Below are positions 27,048 to 39,576 of a stretch of DNA of 64,000 bases, piece after piece. The notes below the pieces were generated by a model. That model had not been told where the DNA came from. It searched no databases and saw nothing but the letters and a program-made list of their open reading frames with translations. Source of the stretch: Atractiella rhizophila (taxonomy: Eukaryota); the NCBI GenBank assembly GCA_021432655.1, contig MU271433.1, forward strand, positions 1 through 64,000, in the 5' to 3' direction. Made by a program: the position numbers and the translations under genes. The first letter of the stretch is position 1; each line of letters starts with the position of its first letter.

Positions 27048-30000
27048 ATGGCTCGCCCACCACCTTCTTCGAACTGGGACTCATTGGGAGGGGGAGCCAC
27101 ATTTTACCGGAAACTAGTCATGTACGAAATGGGCGAGGACTGGACGAGCAGAGTTGGACAGGATCTTGGCAGCTGGAGAGTCGTTGGAGAAAGGGGCGGA
27201 GGCTTAGTTGGTGCGTCCATTATTATTGTTAGCTGTTATTATTGTTAGCTGGGATGTGCAGAATGTAAATTGGCATCCTACCCACCTATGCTCGTGGCTT
27301 TGACTGGGATGTGTTAATTGCAATACACTTGCTTGCAAGACTACTCACTCTCAAACTACACATTTGATCTTGAGCTTGTATTATAAACTGCGTCGATATG
27401 AATGGCCCGAATCCTCAATGCTTTCTCAATTACCAAGTGAAACAACTCAGGTTGAGGATGATTCAATGTGTGCTCTCCGAAAGTTACACAGAAACCTCAG
27501 AGCTGTATACCGACCTATTTTCGTTGTGAATGTAACTATTGTTGTCTCTTTGAACTTCTACTGGAATTTACAGGCGCCGTAGAATTGGAGAGAACAAACT
27601 AACCTGATTTCAGCCGTGACTAGAGACGACCGCAAACCCACGATCCTCCGCACCGGTTTACCTCCCAATAAGCGCCAAATCTGGTTGTTCACGTCGGCAG
27701 GAGGACTGGTGACGACACTACATGTTAGCTTCTCTTATTTCTCCTTCCTACATGTCCTCACTGACGTTTCTCGAATGAAGTGGGATTCACCCACTCCCAT
27801 AACCTACCTGTCCTTCCTTTCCACCTCCCAACTCTTCGTCCTCACTACCTCAGGCACTTACAGATTGTACAACATCTCCCCTCTCAACTCAACCTATTCG
27901 CAATATGAACTTGCGCCGGAGATCATCGATGCAGAGGCGGGGATGGGGATCGTGGATGTGAAAGGTTGGGAGGAGGGGGTGGTCGTGTGCCTCGAAGGTG
28001 GAGGTTGGATTGAGGTCCGTGGATTGGGGACTGGGGACGAGGAAGAAGGAAGGAGGGTGACCGTGCAAGCTCTAGCAAGCACAGGTATGTTTGTTCCCCT
28101 TCTCCGAACACGAATGAGGATTGACACATTGTCGGAAGGCTCAAGCGAGCCTCCTCACAGCTGGGGAATCATCCCTCCCGATCAGTCAACAACTCGCACC
28201 ACAGAAGTCCTCCTCGCGACGCGCGATACAGTCTTAAAGCTAGACGAGATAGAAGCATTGGATCAACAACTGACGCGTGGGCCTTTCAGCGCTTTGGTCC
28301 CCTCTCCAAACGGCCGCTTCATTGCTCTCATCACCTCCCCCATCTCTCCCACCCCTGACACCCTCTGGGTCGTCTCCGCCGATTTTTCCCGCTCACTATC
28401 TGAGTTCGACCTCGCAAAGGAAGGTAGGAATCTCGGAATATTAGGAGAGGAATCTTTGGATGGTTATAGGCCTAATATGGTGCAGTGGTGTGGTGATAAT
28501 TCCGTTGTCCTTGGTTGGGATAATGTCGTGGTGATGGTGGGTCCATTTGGAGAGACATTAAGGTTCGTGCTCTATAAAATCTTTCACTCTATCATCTGCT
28601 AATGATAATACAGGTACTTTTATACCGATCCCATCCACCTCGTGCCCGAGCTAGATGGCGTCCGTCTGCTCTCTTCTGATCGGTGCGAGTTCATCGAAAA
28701 AGTGCCTCAATCGACTGTGGACGTGTTCCTTCCTGGTTCAACACATCCGGCCGCCTTCTTGTTTGAGGCTTCAGAGGAGTTCAGGCGGAAGAGCGCAAGG
28801 GCAGACGAGCTCATTAGAGCCATCAAACCCGAGTTGACTAGCGCTGTGGAAACGTGTGTCGAGGCTGCGGGGAGAGAATTCGATATTCATTGGCAGAAGT
28901 CACTCCTGCGGGTATGCCATCCCTTCGCTCTCTAGACAAGGAAGAAAATAAAGCGATCTGACTCAACAGGCGGCGAGCTTCGGAAAGACCTTTCTCGACC
29001 TTTACAATCCGAGTGACTTCGTCAATATGTCCAAAACTCTTCGGGTCCTCAATGCTGTGCGGTACTACGAGATGGGGATCCCGATCACTTTTGCACAGTA
29101 CATCGTTCTCTGCCACCAGCCCTGCTTGCATTTTGAACTGACGAAAGCGTAAAAGGTATCAGTCCCTTTCTCCAACGACACTGATCACCCGCCTCATGTC
29201 CCTCTCCCATCACCTCCTCGCACTTCGCATTTCCACTTTCCTTTCCCTTTCCCCTTCTCCGGTCCTAAAACACTGGGCAAAGACCAAGATTTCCTCGGCC
29301 CGCACGAAGGACGAAGAGGACTTCGTGGTCACGGCTATAGTGGATAAGTTGAAAGAGCAGCAAGAAATGGAAGTAAGCTGTGCTGACGTCGCAAAGAGTG
29401 CGTGGACAGCGGGAAAGACGGCGATGGCGAAGAAACTGCTGGATTATGAAGTAAAGGCGGGGAAACAGGTGCCACTGCTGATGAGTATGAAGGAAGAGGA
29501 TCTTGCGCTGACCAAAGCGGTAGACAGTGGAGATCCAGATCTTGGTACGCCTTCTCTTCTGTTGAAGCTGGCCTTTATAGTTGTTCCTGCTTACGCATGT
29601 ATTGTAAAAAAGTTTACCTTGTTCTCCTCCAACTCAAGCGAAACCATTCGCTGGCCAACTTTTTTCAGTTTTTCGACAACAAGCCTGATGCGGCATCCCT
29701 CCTTCAAGCTTTTGGGAAGGATAATGATTTGGAACTGCTGAGAGACTTTTACTACCAAGATGATAGGAGAACGGAGAGTGCATGCCTGTTGCTAGAAGAG
29801 GCAGAGCTCTTGAAGGACGAAAGTGAGCGGACGACGAAGTTGAAGAGCGCCTCGAAGTTCTTTGGGGAGGAGAAGGACCGCACCTTTGAGCAGAAGGTTC
29901 GCTCCCTTCTTCCTTCTTCCAGCAGACATTAGCTTAGGAACGGCGATAAAGATGGTAGACGAGCAACTGAAGCTTCTTACGCAACAACAGAAGTTCGAGT

Positions 30001-30618
30001 CCGAATCTTCAGCTGGTGGAAAGAAGTTTGTCGGTCTCAGCGTAAACCAGACCATTAGACAACTACTCGTTAATGGGATGTCCAAGCAGGCGGACAAGGT
30101 AAAATCCGACTTCAAAGTCCCCGATAAAAGGTCAGTTTTCCTTCACGCTGTTTCCTCGGTGATTGATGTTTGTTGAAAAGGTTTTGGTATATAAAGATGA
30201 AGGCGTTGACGGAGATTCACGATTGGGAGGCATTGGAGGCATTTTCGAAGTCAAAGAAGAGCCCGATTGGCTATGAGGTTTGTGTAATGCTACCTCTTCC
30301 TCTGCTCTCTTGACATAGTGACTGAAACAGCCATTTGCGGAACACCTTGTCTCAACTGCCAACTTCCGACACGCCGTTTCATATATTCCTCGCTGCGAAC
30401 CGAAGAATCGAGTGGAACTCTATGTCAAATGCGGCGAATGGATAAAGGCTGGCGAAGAGTGTAAAGCTCGAGGGGAAAGGAGCAGATTGAAGTTTGTCTT
30501 CTCTATCTCTCTCCTCCCTTAATGCTGATAGTTGAATAGCGATTTGAGAAAACGGGCACCAAGTAATAATATTGCCGTCCAGCTTGACCGAATGGCGGAA
30601 GAAATGGCCCAATTGTGA
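27048..30618 (+). CDS. VPS16: HOPS/CORVET subunit Vps16
   Basis: [86 protein letters not shown]. Confidence 0.93.
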
Positions 30619-30828
30619 GTGGACAAGTTTGCAGCTACTCTAACTCTAAGAGTCACTGCAGGGACGCCTACTAAGGACATAATACAAGGAAGGGGGCATA
30701 ATTTATTCATTGTACAATACGCAATCTCACTACATACCCACGACATTTTGGATTAACTAAAACAACAAACGCAAAATCTGTCATTGTGCAAAGATGGGTC
30801 AACCACCACTTCATCAATAAAGTGTATA

Positions 30829-33129
30829 TCACGCATAAATCATTTCCAACAACTCCCTCTCCCTCACTCTGTCTTGCCTTCTCTCCTCAGCTCCGTCCAT
30901 CACAATCCTCAGCTCCTCGGCGCCTTCCTCTCCCCTCTCAGGAGCCCTCACCCTCCTCAATTTGCCTTTCATCGGCTCGCCCGTCCTTGGATGGAGTGCG
31001 ACCAATGTGAAGAAAGCATCGTTGACAAATCTTCGGTTGTGAGCGGCTGTTCTGGACTCGGCGTATGCCTACATTCCCATTGACATTTGCAGGTAAACGG
31101 GATGAAGATGGAGAGTGGAGTGGGACGAACAGTAGCGTATATCTCTGCGCTTGATTCCCAGGTTTTTAGCACAAAGGCACGGAGAAAGACGACTTCGCCA
31201 GGCATGACCGAGTTTCTGAAGACGAGAGAATCGATGGAAACTGTGTAGAAAGGGCCAGTGTAGAGACGACGTGCAGCCATGGTTGACACCTAGTAGTAAT
31301 GGTGAGCGCAATTTGTGATTTGAGGGGTTGGGGGAATAAAACCTACCTCTTCAAGCCATCGCATGGCGACACCTCCAAAGAGAACGTTAACCGAATTACA
31401 ATGCTATCGAGTTCAACACATCAACTCAGCCGAGGTGAAATCGTTGCAGGAACGTACTTCGGGTCTGACAACTTGCAACTCCATAGCGTGGGTCTCCCAG
31501 ACTTCCAACGGTCTCTCCAAGGCACCTCCAGGTCCAACAGGAGTTTTCCAACCGCTTCCGCCTCCCCTGCTTCCTTCCACACCAAGGACTGCTTCCAGGT
31601 TCAAATTCCTCAGATGCCTTCCCTTCTTCTTCGACATCGAGCTTGACCTCCTCCTCTGCGTTTCCATATGAACCTCCTCCATCGACACGCTCACTTCCTC
31701 CTCTCTCCCCTCCTCTCCCTCCACCGTGGCCCTCAACACCCCCTTCTCCTCATCTACCACCACGTCCGGATCTCCGCGCAGGTAGGCGTCTATCAGGTAA
31801 CTCTTCTCCAGAGCTGGGATGAGTGCAGAGGAGGACGAGGCGAAGTCTTCGTCCTTCCCTACATGCGCAGAGGCGTGGAGGGAGGAGAGGTAGAGCAGGT
31901 GATCCCGGAACTTCTTGAGAGTCGAGACATAAGATGGTGATTGAGTTCGCATTCGCGTTGTACGTCGTCTTTGTGCCAGTAGATATCGCTTTAATTGAAG
32001 GTTGCTGTCAGCATAAGATAGTAAAATCGAGTGTGCTTACCTTCTTTTCCAGTACCGTCTGGGGGATCACAGGCACGACAACACCTTTGAACTTCTCTGT
32101 CTTGAGCACGGGCGTGCCTCCATTTGTTTCGCCTTTCGCAGGGCTCTGCTTCTCATTCCCCTTCACCCAGCCTCGCGGATCCCACCAAGATTTCTGATTA
32201 GGGATGGCAGTTGGAAGGGAGACAATGGGAACTTTGGCGACGAAAGTGAAGTAGGCATGACAGGCGTACTCTTTTTCTCCGCTCGTATAGTCCTCTCGAA
32301 CACAGCGGACACCGCATTCAAGAGATGAGGACCAAGTACGGCTGTTCCCCGTCATTATGAGTTCGAGTACATACGGTCAACGCCAGTGAGAAGGTGCTCA
32401 CTTGACGGATACCACGAAGTGTAGTATGTCTCCAACGCGTACTGGGCGAAGGAAGATGACGCGATCTAGGGAGATGGTTACCGTTTGGAGACCTGTATGT
32501 CGTTTTGACGCTACGCCTATTTAAAGACTCATGAGGACAGGATATTGCGGTCAAAGGAGCTAACCAGCGAGTACGTCCATTATCTTCAGTACTTCGCCAG
32601 CGTAAATGCGTCCGTGTGAATCAACCATGGGTGTCGTGACATTGTAAGAGACGGCGATGCTGCCAGTCCGAAAACCAAGTGGTCAGCTCTGCATTTAATA
32701 TGTGAAGAAAGGTAGGTTCTCGTATGTTACTCGTTGTTCGAATAATCGAATAATCGGTCTGCAACAGACAATGTTCAACGAGGGGGACTGCCTTTTGTCC
32801 TGAAATTCGTATCAATAAATGAAATAGTCTCCTAAATCTTACAAGGTATAAATGATTACATAACACAAAGGTTAACAATTCACTTTCCACAAAATATGAC
32901 ATGTCATAGTTACTCACGCAGATTCCGACACTGGTTTACCTCTGACCTCCGGTTTGACTTGATCGTTGTCCTTCCCCTTATCCCCAGACTTCGCTGGCGC
33001 GACTTCATTGGCTGGAGAATTGACGAGCGCTAGTGAGGCACCGCTGACGTTGTGAGTGAGGTAGACGAGAGTGACGAGCGTAGTTGAGGCTGCGAGAAGT
33101 TTCAAGTTGAAAGGGACTTTCGATGCCAT
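30829..33129 (-). CDS. Tandem hotdog-fold acyl-CoA thioesterase with N-terminal hydrophobic segment
   Basis: VDSHGRIYAGEVLKIMDVLAG, VTISLDRVIFLRPVRVGD, NRTWSSSLECGV, HAYFTFVA. Second domain: NSVNVLFGG, TVSIDSLVFRNSV. Confidence 0.85.
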
Positions 33130-33379
33130 TGCTCTTGCCCTATCTGATTCTCTGAAGATTTCAATGCCCAATTATTCCTAATAATTGTAAGTCAATTCGA
33201 CAATGGGGATTATTTGCTTTCGATACATCACGTGAATCTGTCTCGAAACTTCCAGCAAAGGCACATCGCCGACTCAGATCGTGAACAAAAATTTCCTCCC
33301 TCCCCTATAAATATTAGTTTTCTGAGGTACATTAAGTACCATATTTTATATCTAGAGAGAGTCACAGAGAACGTCGAAA

Positions 33380-34695
33380 ATGTCAGCAAACGACAACCAC
33401 ATCCGGGTCACGTACCAAGAGATTCACGTCCGTCTCTTGCACTTGACTAGCCATTTAACTGACCAGTGCATTATCCAGACACTGATTGGGAACTCAGCGG
33501 CTAAGATAAAGAAAGAATTTCAGTCCGTCTTTTCTTTTTCAAACCAGCTTTGATTAAAATTTTGGAAATGTCAGACCAGAATTGATGATCGCTATTGGTA
33601 TGTCTCTTCCTCCATCTGATGATCTCGATGATCTACTAATCCCATGATGGAATAGGTGGAGGGTAGATCTCCTCTTACATTTGGAACACTGGAACTGACT
33701 ACGATGATCCACTGGAACGATGAAGCGGCTTTTTCCCAGCTCGCGTAATGGTCCGTCGTACTCTCTCACTATGCCGTTCGTCTTGCTTATTCTTGCCCCA
33801 CTTTCTTCGGCCACAGCGCACGTTCCTCAAAACCCCAGGGCAAAAGAACATTCCTATCCAAGCGATCGGTCTTTCTCTATACGAGGAACTTGGGACTTTG
33901 GACTGTCTGTCTCCCTCTCGTTGATGTGCACAGAGGCTGATCCCTAGCGTGGATAAATATGCCGTATTTATATAGCTGGAGATGTGACCTCAGCCGAAAA
34001 GATCGGAAAGGAAGTAATTCGTACCCAATGGCTTGACTTTTCCACCCTGGGCAGCCGTCCTTTGCTAGGGAGGAAGATCCTCATCGTCGTCTGTCCTCAC
34101 ATCACCAATCGTTTTGTCTCCACTCCCCAACTAATTTTCTGGTATGTGTGAAGGATGAAGTGGACGACTCGCGGACTACTCTCCTTTACGCCATCTCAGA
34201 ACTACTCAAGGATGTTGAGAAGCAGGCTGTCACGCTGAACGCCACTCAAGAGATGAGGGACAGGACTGAGTTTGGGATTTTCGTCGGTTAGTCACCCAAC
34301 CATCCTCCTTCCGTCCACTTGCCCCCCCCACCTGAGGTGAAAGAGAGGACGCTAACCTAGAACGCCTAAATTAACTTATGGGGAGATAGTCCATAACAAG
34401 CTCAAACCGAAGGCAGGGGAGCTTCCGGAAGGAGTGAGGTATTTCTCCGGAGAAGATATTGTTCGTCCATACTTCCATCCTTACTTCGTCATCCGTCCTT
34501 GATTGTGACCTCAAACAGCCTGATGAATGGGTCGACTATCCCTGGGAGCAGCAGGATATAACGTTTGTCTTCCGCTCTATCTGGTCTGCTCTGATATGTG
34601 GAGGATTGTTATTGACGGGTCAAACGAATGTGAATAGGACGCACGATGCGCTGGCGGCGGAGGCAAGGAAGGCAAAGAAAGTGAAGACTGAATGA
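33380..34695 (+). CDS. Purine (xanthine/hypoxanthine-guanine) phosphoribosyltransferase, XPT1/HPT1 family
   Basis: Assembled from about 10 exons: VTYQEIH, MIAIGGGGFFPARVMRTFLK, IQAIGLSLYE, ILIVDEVDDSRTTL, VHNKLKPK, WVDYPWE. Confidence 0.9.
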
Positions 34696-34948
34696 TTGAC
34701 GTAAGATTATAGATTGTTGTAGAAGAGTTTTAACTGGCGTTGTTGATATCTAAGAACGAATGGAATCACAATCATACGTCTGTGTACCCTGATACCTTCT
34801 TGCTCTCTCATTTCTTCAACTGAAAGTGACTGAAGGACCAAGGTGAGGAAAATATTTCGGGACGAAATATCAAAATCATTTCAAATTCCACGTCCCCTTA
34901 TCACTCGCTCCGTCACACTGAGAGATCCCCTCGTCCTCAAGGTGTATC

Positions 34949-37683
34949 ATGTCCCTCTCGATGTTGCCAGGCTACAGCTCCTCTCTCCTCACACAACTGA
35001 GGGAGTCAATGCAAGAGCACAAGATAGACGCATAGTCAGTTCTTCACCCCTTTCTCTCGTACTGTCCAATTTGAATATTGAGTTAGTGTTGTGCCCTCCT
35101 CAGACGCGCATGGTGTGTCTTGTTCTCCACCTCTTCAATAATAATCACAGCCCTGAAAATGGAAAGGATCCGAATACGTCGCTGAGGCAGATACGAGGAG
35201 AGGTAAGACTCATTCGGTCAGCTGTCTCTTGTGGAAAGGGCCTAATGAATGCTCTCGGGATAGCGTTTTTATCCGGGTACTTAGCTCCATTGATGTTTCG
35301 AGGGAGGATTTTAAAAAAGGAATAGATTCACAGGCTCAGCCGGAACAGCCATTGTCACTGCTGCGAGCGCCAACTTGTTCACAGATGGTTTGTGCTCCTT
35401 CTCTTGCTCTTGGCTATGCACTAGAGATGTAACTTGTTTGGATGGCAGGAAGGTATTGGATTCAAGCCTCGAAGCAGCTGTCATCCGATTGGGAGCTGGT
35501 GAAGGTTGGGTCTCCTAACGTTCCCAATTGGGACGAATGGCTGGAGAAAAATGTAAGGATCTTTTCATCCCGGAAACACCCAAACACCATGACCATGGCG
35601 AATAGGCCCAACGAAAAAGGGTGGGAATCGATCCCAAGCTATTTGACTACGGTATGTGCCCTCCGGCAACGCTTTTGACTGAATGTTATCCGTGACTATT
35701 TTCGCGTATGAAAACAGGTACCATTAAAGGCCTCCTTTCCAAGGGTATCACGCTCGTCACCATCTCTTCCAACTTGATCGACCCTATCTGGACCGACCAA
35801 CCCGGGCGGTCTACGTATCCCCTCCTTATCCAAGGACTCGAATATTCAGGCGAAAGCGCCTCCTCCAAGCTCCCCACCGTTACCTCCTACATTCGCTCCT
35901 TCCCTTCCCCGTCCTCCCACTTCATCCTCTCCTCCTTACCCGACATAGCCTGGCTTCTGAACCTCCGTGGCAAGGACGTTGATTACAACCCCGTATTTGC
36001 CAGCTACCTCCTCATCGGCGCGGATGGTCATACTACGCTCTTTGTAGATCGAAGCAAGATCACACCTGAGGTGGCAGCTTATTTAGAGGAGACGAAAGTC
36101 GCAGTGAAGGGATATGAAGATGTTTGGGAGACTCTGGCAGGTCTCGAGTTGGGAGGGAGGAAAGTGCTTGGAAGCTCGGAGATCTCTTGGGCGTTAGTGG
36201 AAGCCATCGGCGAGGTACGGCCTTCCCTTTTCTTGATCTGACTTGCAACATCTCACTAAGCTGTAGGACAACCTTTCCCTTGTACCCGATCCTTCTCCAG
36301 TTGTAGCAGCTCGAGGAATCAAGAATCCGGTCGAGATCGAAGGTTTCAGGAAAGGGTATCTGAGGGACAGCGTGGCCTGGGCACGGTGGGCGGCGAAGTT
36401 GGAGAGGGCCATTAAGGGGGGAGAAGAAGTGAACGAGTGGGAGGCGGGCAACAGATTGACGGTAGAGAGGGAGAGAATGGAGTTGTACATGGGGGTGAGT
36501 GGGCCTCGATGATGAAAGGGATGCGCTTATTGCAGTGGGCAGTTGGCATATCCGAATATCTCTGCTTCGAATGAGAATGCGGCTTTGCCCCATTATCAAC
36601 CTGCGAAGGAGGGAAGCCGGATCGTGGATCGCCAAACTCCGTATCTTAACGACTCTGGTCTGAGGCTCTTTTTCCACACGCAGACGTGGAAGGATGCTGA
36701 CGGTTTACTGCAGGCGCTCAATACAGGGATACGACTATCGACACGACGAGGACAGTGCATTTCGGACGTCCAACAAGAGAGCAGAAATGGGCATTTACTC
36801 GTGTGCTGCAAGGTTTGTTTCTTCCATCACACGCCTGTAAACCTGGAGAGCGCAACTTACGCAACATGATGTGCTGCAGGTCATATTGGTTCGTCTTCCC
36901 CTAGGGAGGAGAACTGCAAGTTGATCCATTTGATGTGATCCAGCCATTGATTCCGCCATATTCCCGGAAGGCACAACTGGGCACCAGTTGGACAGTTGGG
37001 CCAGGAGTGGACTGTGGAAAGACCGTGCAGATTACACGCACGGGTATGTCCTTCTCTCCCTTCTTCTGTATACTCATAACTGGATGCGTCATAGCTCTGG
37101 ACACGGATTTGGGTCCTACTTGAAGTCAGTTTTTCTATCGTTTACACCTGCCATCAGTGCTAATGACCTTCGTGACAGTGTGCATGAGGGCCCACAAGGG
37201 TTCACAGTCAAATCTCGAGGGCGGTACGAGTCTCCAGCACTGAAAGTGGGTCACCCGATGACCAACGAACCTGGGTATTATGTTGAGGGATCATACGGGG
37301 TGAGGATCGAGAGCTCGCTCGTTGTCAAGGAGGTGAAGACGGACAAGGCGGGGAGGAAATGGCTGGGATTTGAGAGATTCACCATGGTGCATATTCTTTC
37401 TTGGAACATGCAGGACGCAGCGACTGATTGGCTCAACCAGGTCCCCATTAATCCCAAATTGGTAGATTTCTCTTTGCTCACCAGAGAGGAAGCGGTGTGG
37501 TTGCTAGGTATGCTCCTCTTTCCTGAGAAGAAAACGAACACTGCTAAGAGTTCTTTCCACGCAGAACACAATAAACTCTGCCTAGAGAAGGTATTGCCTC
37601 ACTTGCGCGACGACAAGCTTGCGAAGGCGTGGTTGAAGCGGCAAACAAAGTTCCCTCTACTCTGGTCTTGGAGGTGCAAGTGA
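34949..37683 (+). CDS. Xaa-Pro aminopeptidase (aminopeptidase P, M24B; Fra1-like)
   Basis: SDAHGSEYVAE, FTGSAG, DIAWLLNLRGKD, DSGAQYRDTTIDTTRTVHFG, GHGFGSYLNVHEGP, NEPGYYVEGSYGVRIE. Confidence 0.92.
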
Positions 37684-37771
37684 AGGGACGTCTGATCCAC
37701 ATCACTCGTAAGAGTATCGAAACATACCCATTGAAATTCCAACAAGACGTGCATTTTTATCACATACCAAG

Positions 37772-39392
37772 TCACGCATCCTCTGGTGGCGACGCCCAGC
37801 TCCAATTAAGCCAATTCCTCTCTCTCAACAACTCACAAACTTCTCTCTCCACCCCTTGCTGTGCGCAGGGGTCCCTCCAGCGTCTTCTTGTCCTGAAACA
37901 GGCAAGGTCTGTGCCATAAAAGTCCCTGACGGCCTGTATTGTCTTCTCCGCCTCTTCTCTGCCGCTTAATCCGATCACGGTGGGTATCATCTCCCCATCC
38001 TTTGCGGCACTCGTGAACCCGAAGCCTAGCGCGACAGCCTCCAAACTCGTTCCCCTCCGGGAAACCATCTCTGCCGCTTTCTGGACGGTTTCACGTAACG
38101 GTGCAGGAGCGGGATGCCAAGCTTGAGGAGGAGAGGAACGAAGGAGACCCATGGAGAGCGGGGAAGCATTGACTATTTGTGGGATGCGAGCGAGAGATTT
38201 GAAGTGTGGAATGTAGGAGGAGAGGGTGTGGTTTTGAAGGGTGTGATGAGAGTAAGATTGAAGGATGTCAAGAGGTCGAATAGTGTTCGCAATTAGGATG
38301 GAGAGGCGAAGGAGAGTTGCAAGTGGATAACCTGCATCCATCCAAGGCACACAATCAGCACTATCTTATCTCTGATGCAAGCACACATTAGGCGGGGAAG
38401 GGAAGGCAGTTACCTGCAATCCCAACTCGATTTACAATCCCCTGCTCTTTGAGCTCGAAAAGTGCGCGAACACCGTCCAAAACTCGCTCGTCTCCTAGTC
38501 CATGAATCCTAGATGCCGATGCTTCGTCAAGACCATACGTCGCTAGATTGCCTTCTTTGAGAGCTTCTAAGGGAAAGTGTAGACTGTTGGCTCCACCCAC
38601 ATCCTCGCCTACAAATTCCTGGTTTCACGAAAATCATCAGTGATGCCTCTAGATACGAGTAGAGGGAATTTGCAGACGACGTCGTGCAGATAAACCACAT
38701 CCAAGAACTCCCTGCTCTGCCATCAACACGTGCCATCTCGAAGAAGGGGAGGCGGACGTATTCATCCTCTTACAGCTTTGTTTTACGCTGCTGAAGATCC
38801 TCTCCCTCGAATAATCGAACTCATTTCTTGTCGCTCCATATCTTCCCGCCTTGGTAATAATGTAGTACGACCTTTTCCCTCATCAGACTTTGCCTAGCGC
38901 ACATTGACGTAAAAGCAAAGGCATACGAGCGAGGAAACTCCTTCCTGAAGTCCGCATTGGAGAATACGCGACCCAAGAGCTCTTCAGATGTCCTGACAAA
39001 GGCAACGTAAGTGAGAATAGTAACAAAGCAGCCAAATGGACGCACGAATAGTACACGCTGGTATCGACCGCATTCATGCCGTATCGGAAAGCAGTTGTGA
39101 CGGTCTCTTCAGGGACGGTACTCGTCTTCAAGAACTCGATGTCATTGTACGATGATCCCTTCAGCATCAATCGGCAAATAGCACTACCTCTCAGAACCGT
39201 GCGTACAGGGACAGGGATGGACTGACAAAGGTGGCAGCACCGAGGATCAGGGGAGACAACTCGAGAGGGGCATCTTTCGAGTGCTGCCTCGTCACCAAAC
39301 ATTAGCCTGTCCACAGTCGCGGCTCCACTTCGGGATAGACGCACCACCAAGTCGTTCACTTCAGAAAGCCTTCTAGGCTGCAGCTCCGTCAT
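37772..39392 (-). CDS. Aldo-keto reductase, D-arabinose/L-galactose dehydrogenase (ARA2-like)
   Basis: LGAATF, AFRYGMNAVDTSVYY, SEELLG, IITKAGRYG, ELKEQGIVNRVGIAG|YPL, VNASPLSMGLL...AWHPAP. Confidence 0.85.
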
Positions 39393-39576
39393 CACTTTAT
39401 TTGTTACGAATCAAGAGACCTTCTGCGGTGCAACTTTAGATGATGGACGCTGAATGTCAAAGCGTCTGATTTAAAATGGTTGAAATGGAGTTGATCGATT
39501 CTCAGATATCGCGAGAAGTGCTGCGGATGGCTCACGTGTCGTGTGATACAACAACCCGAAAACTGGAAATGAATTG

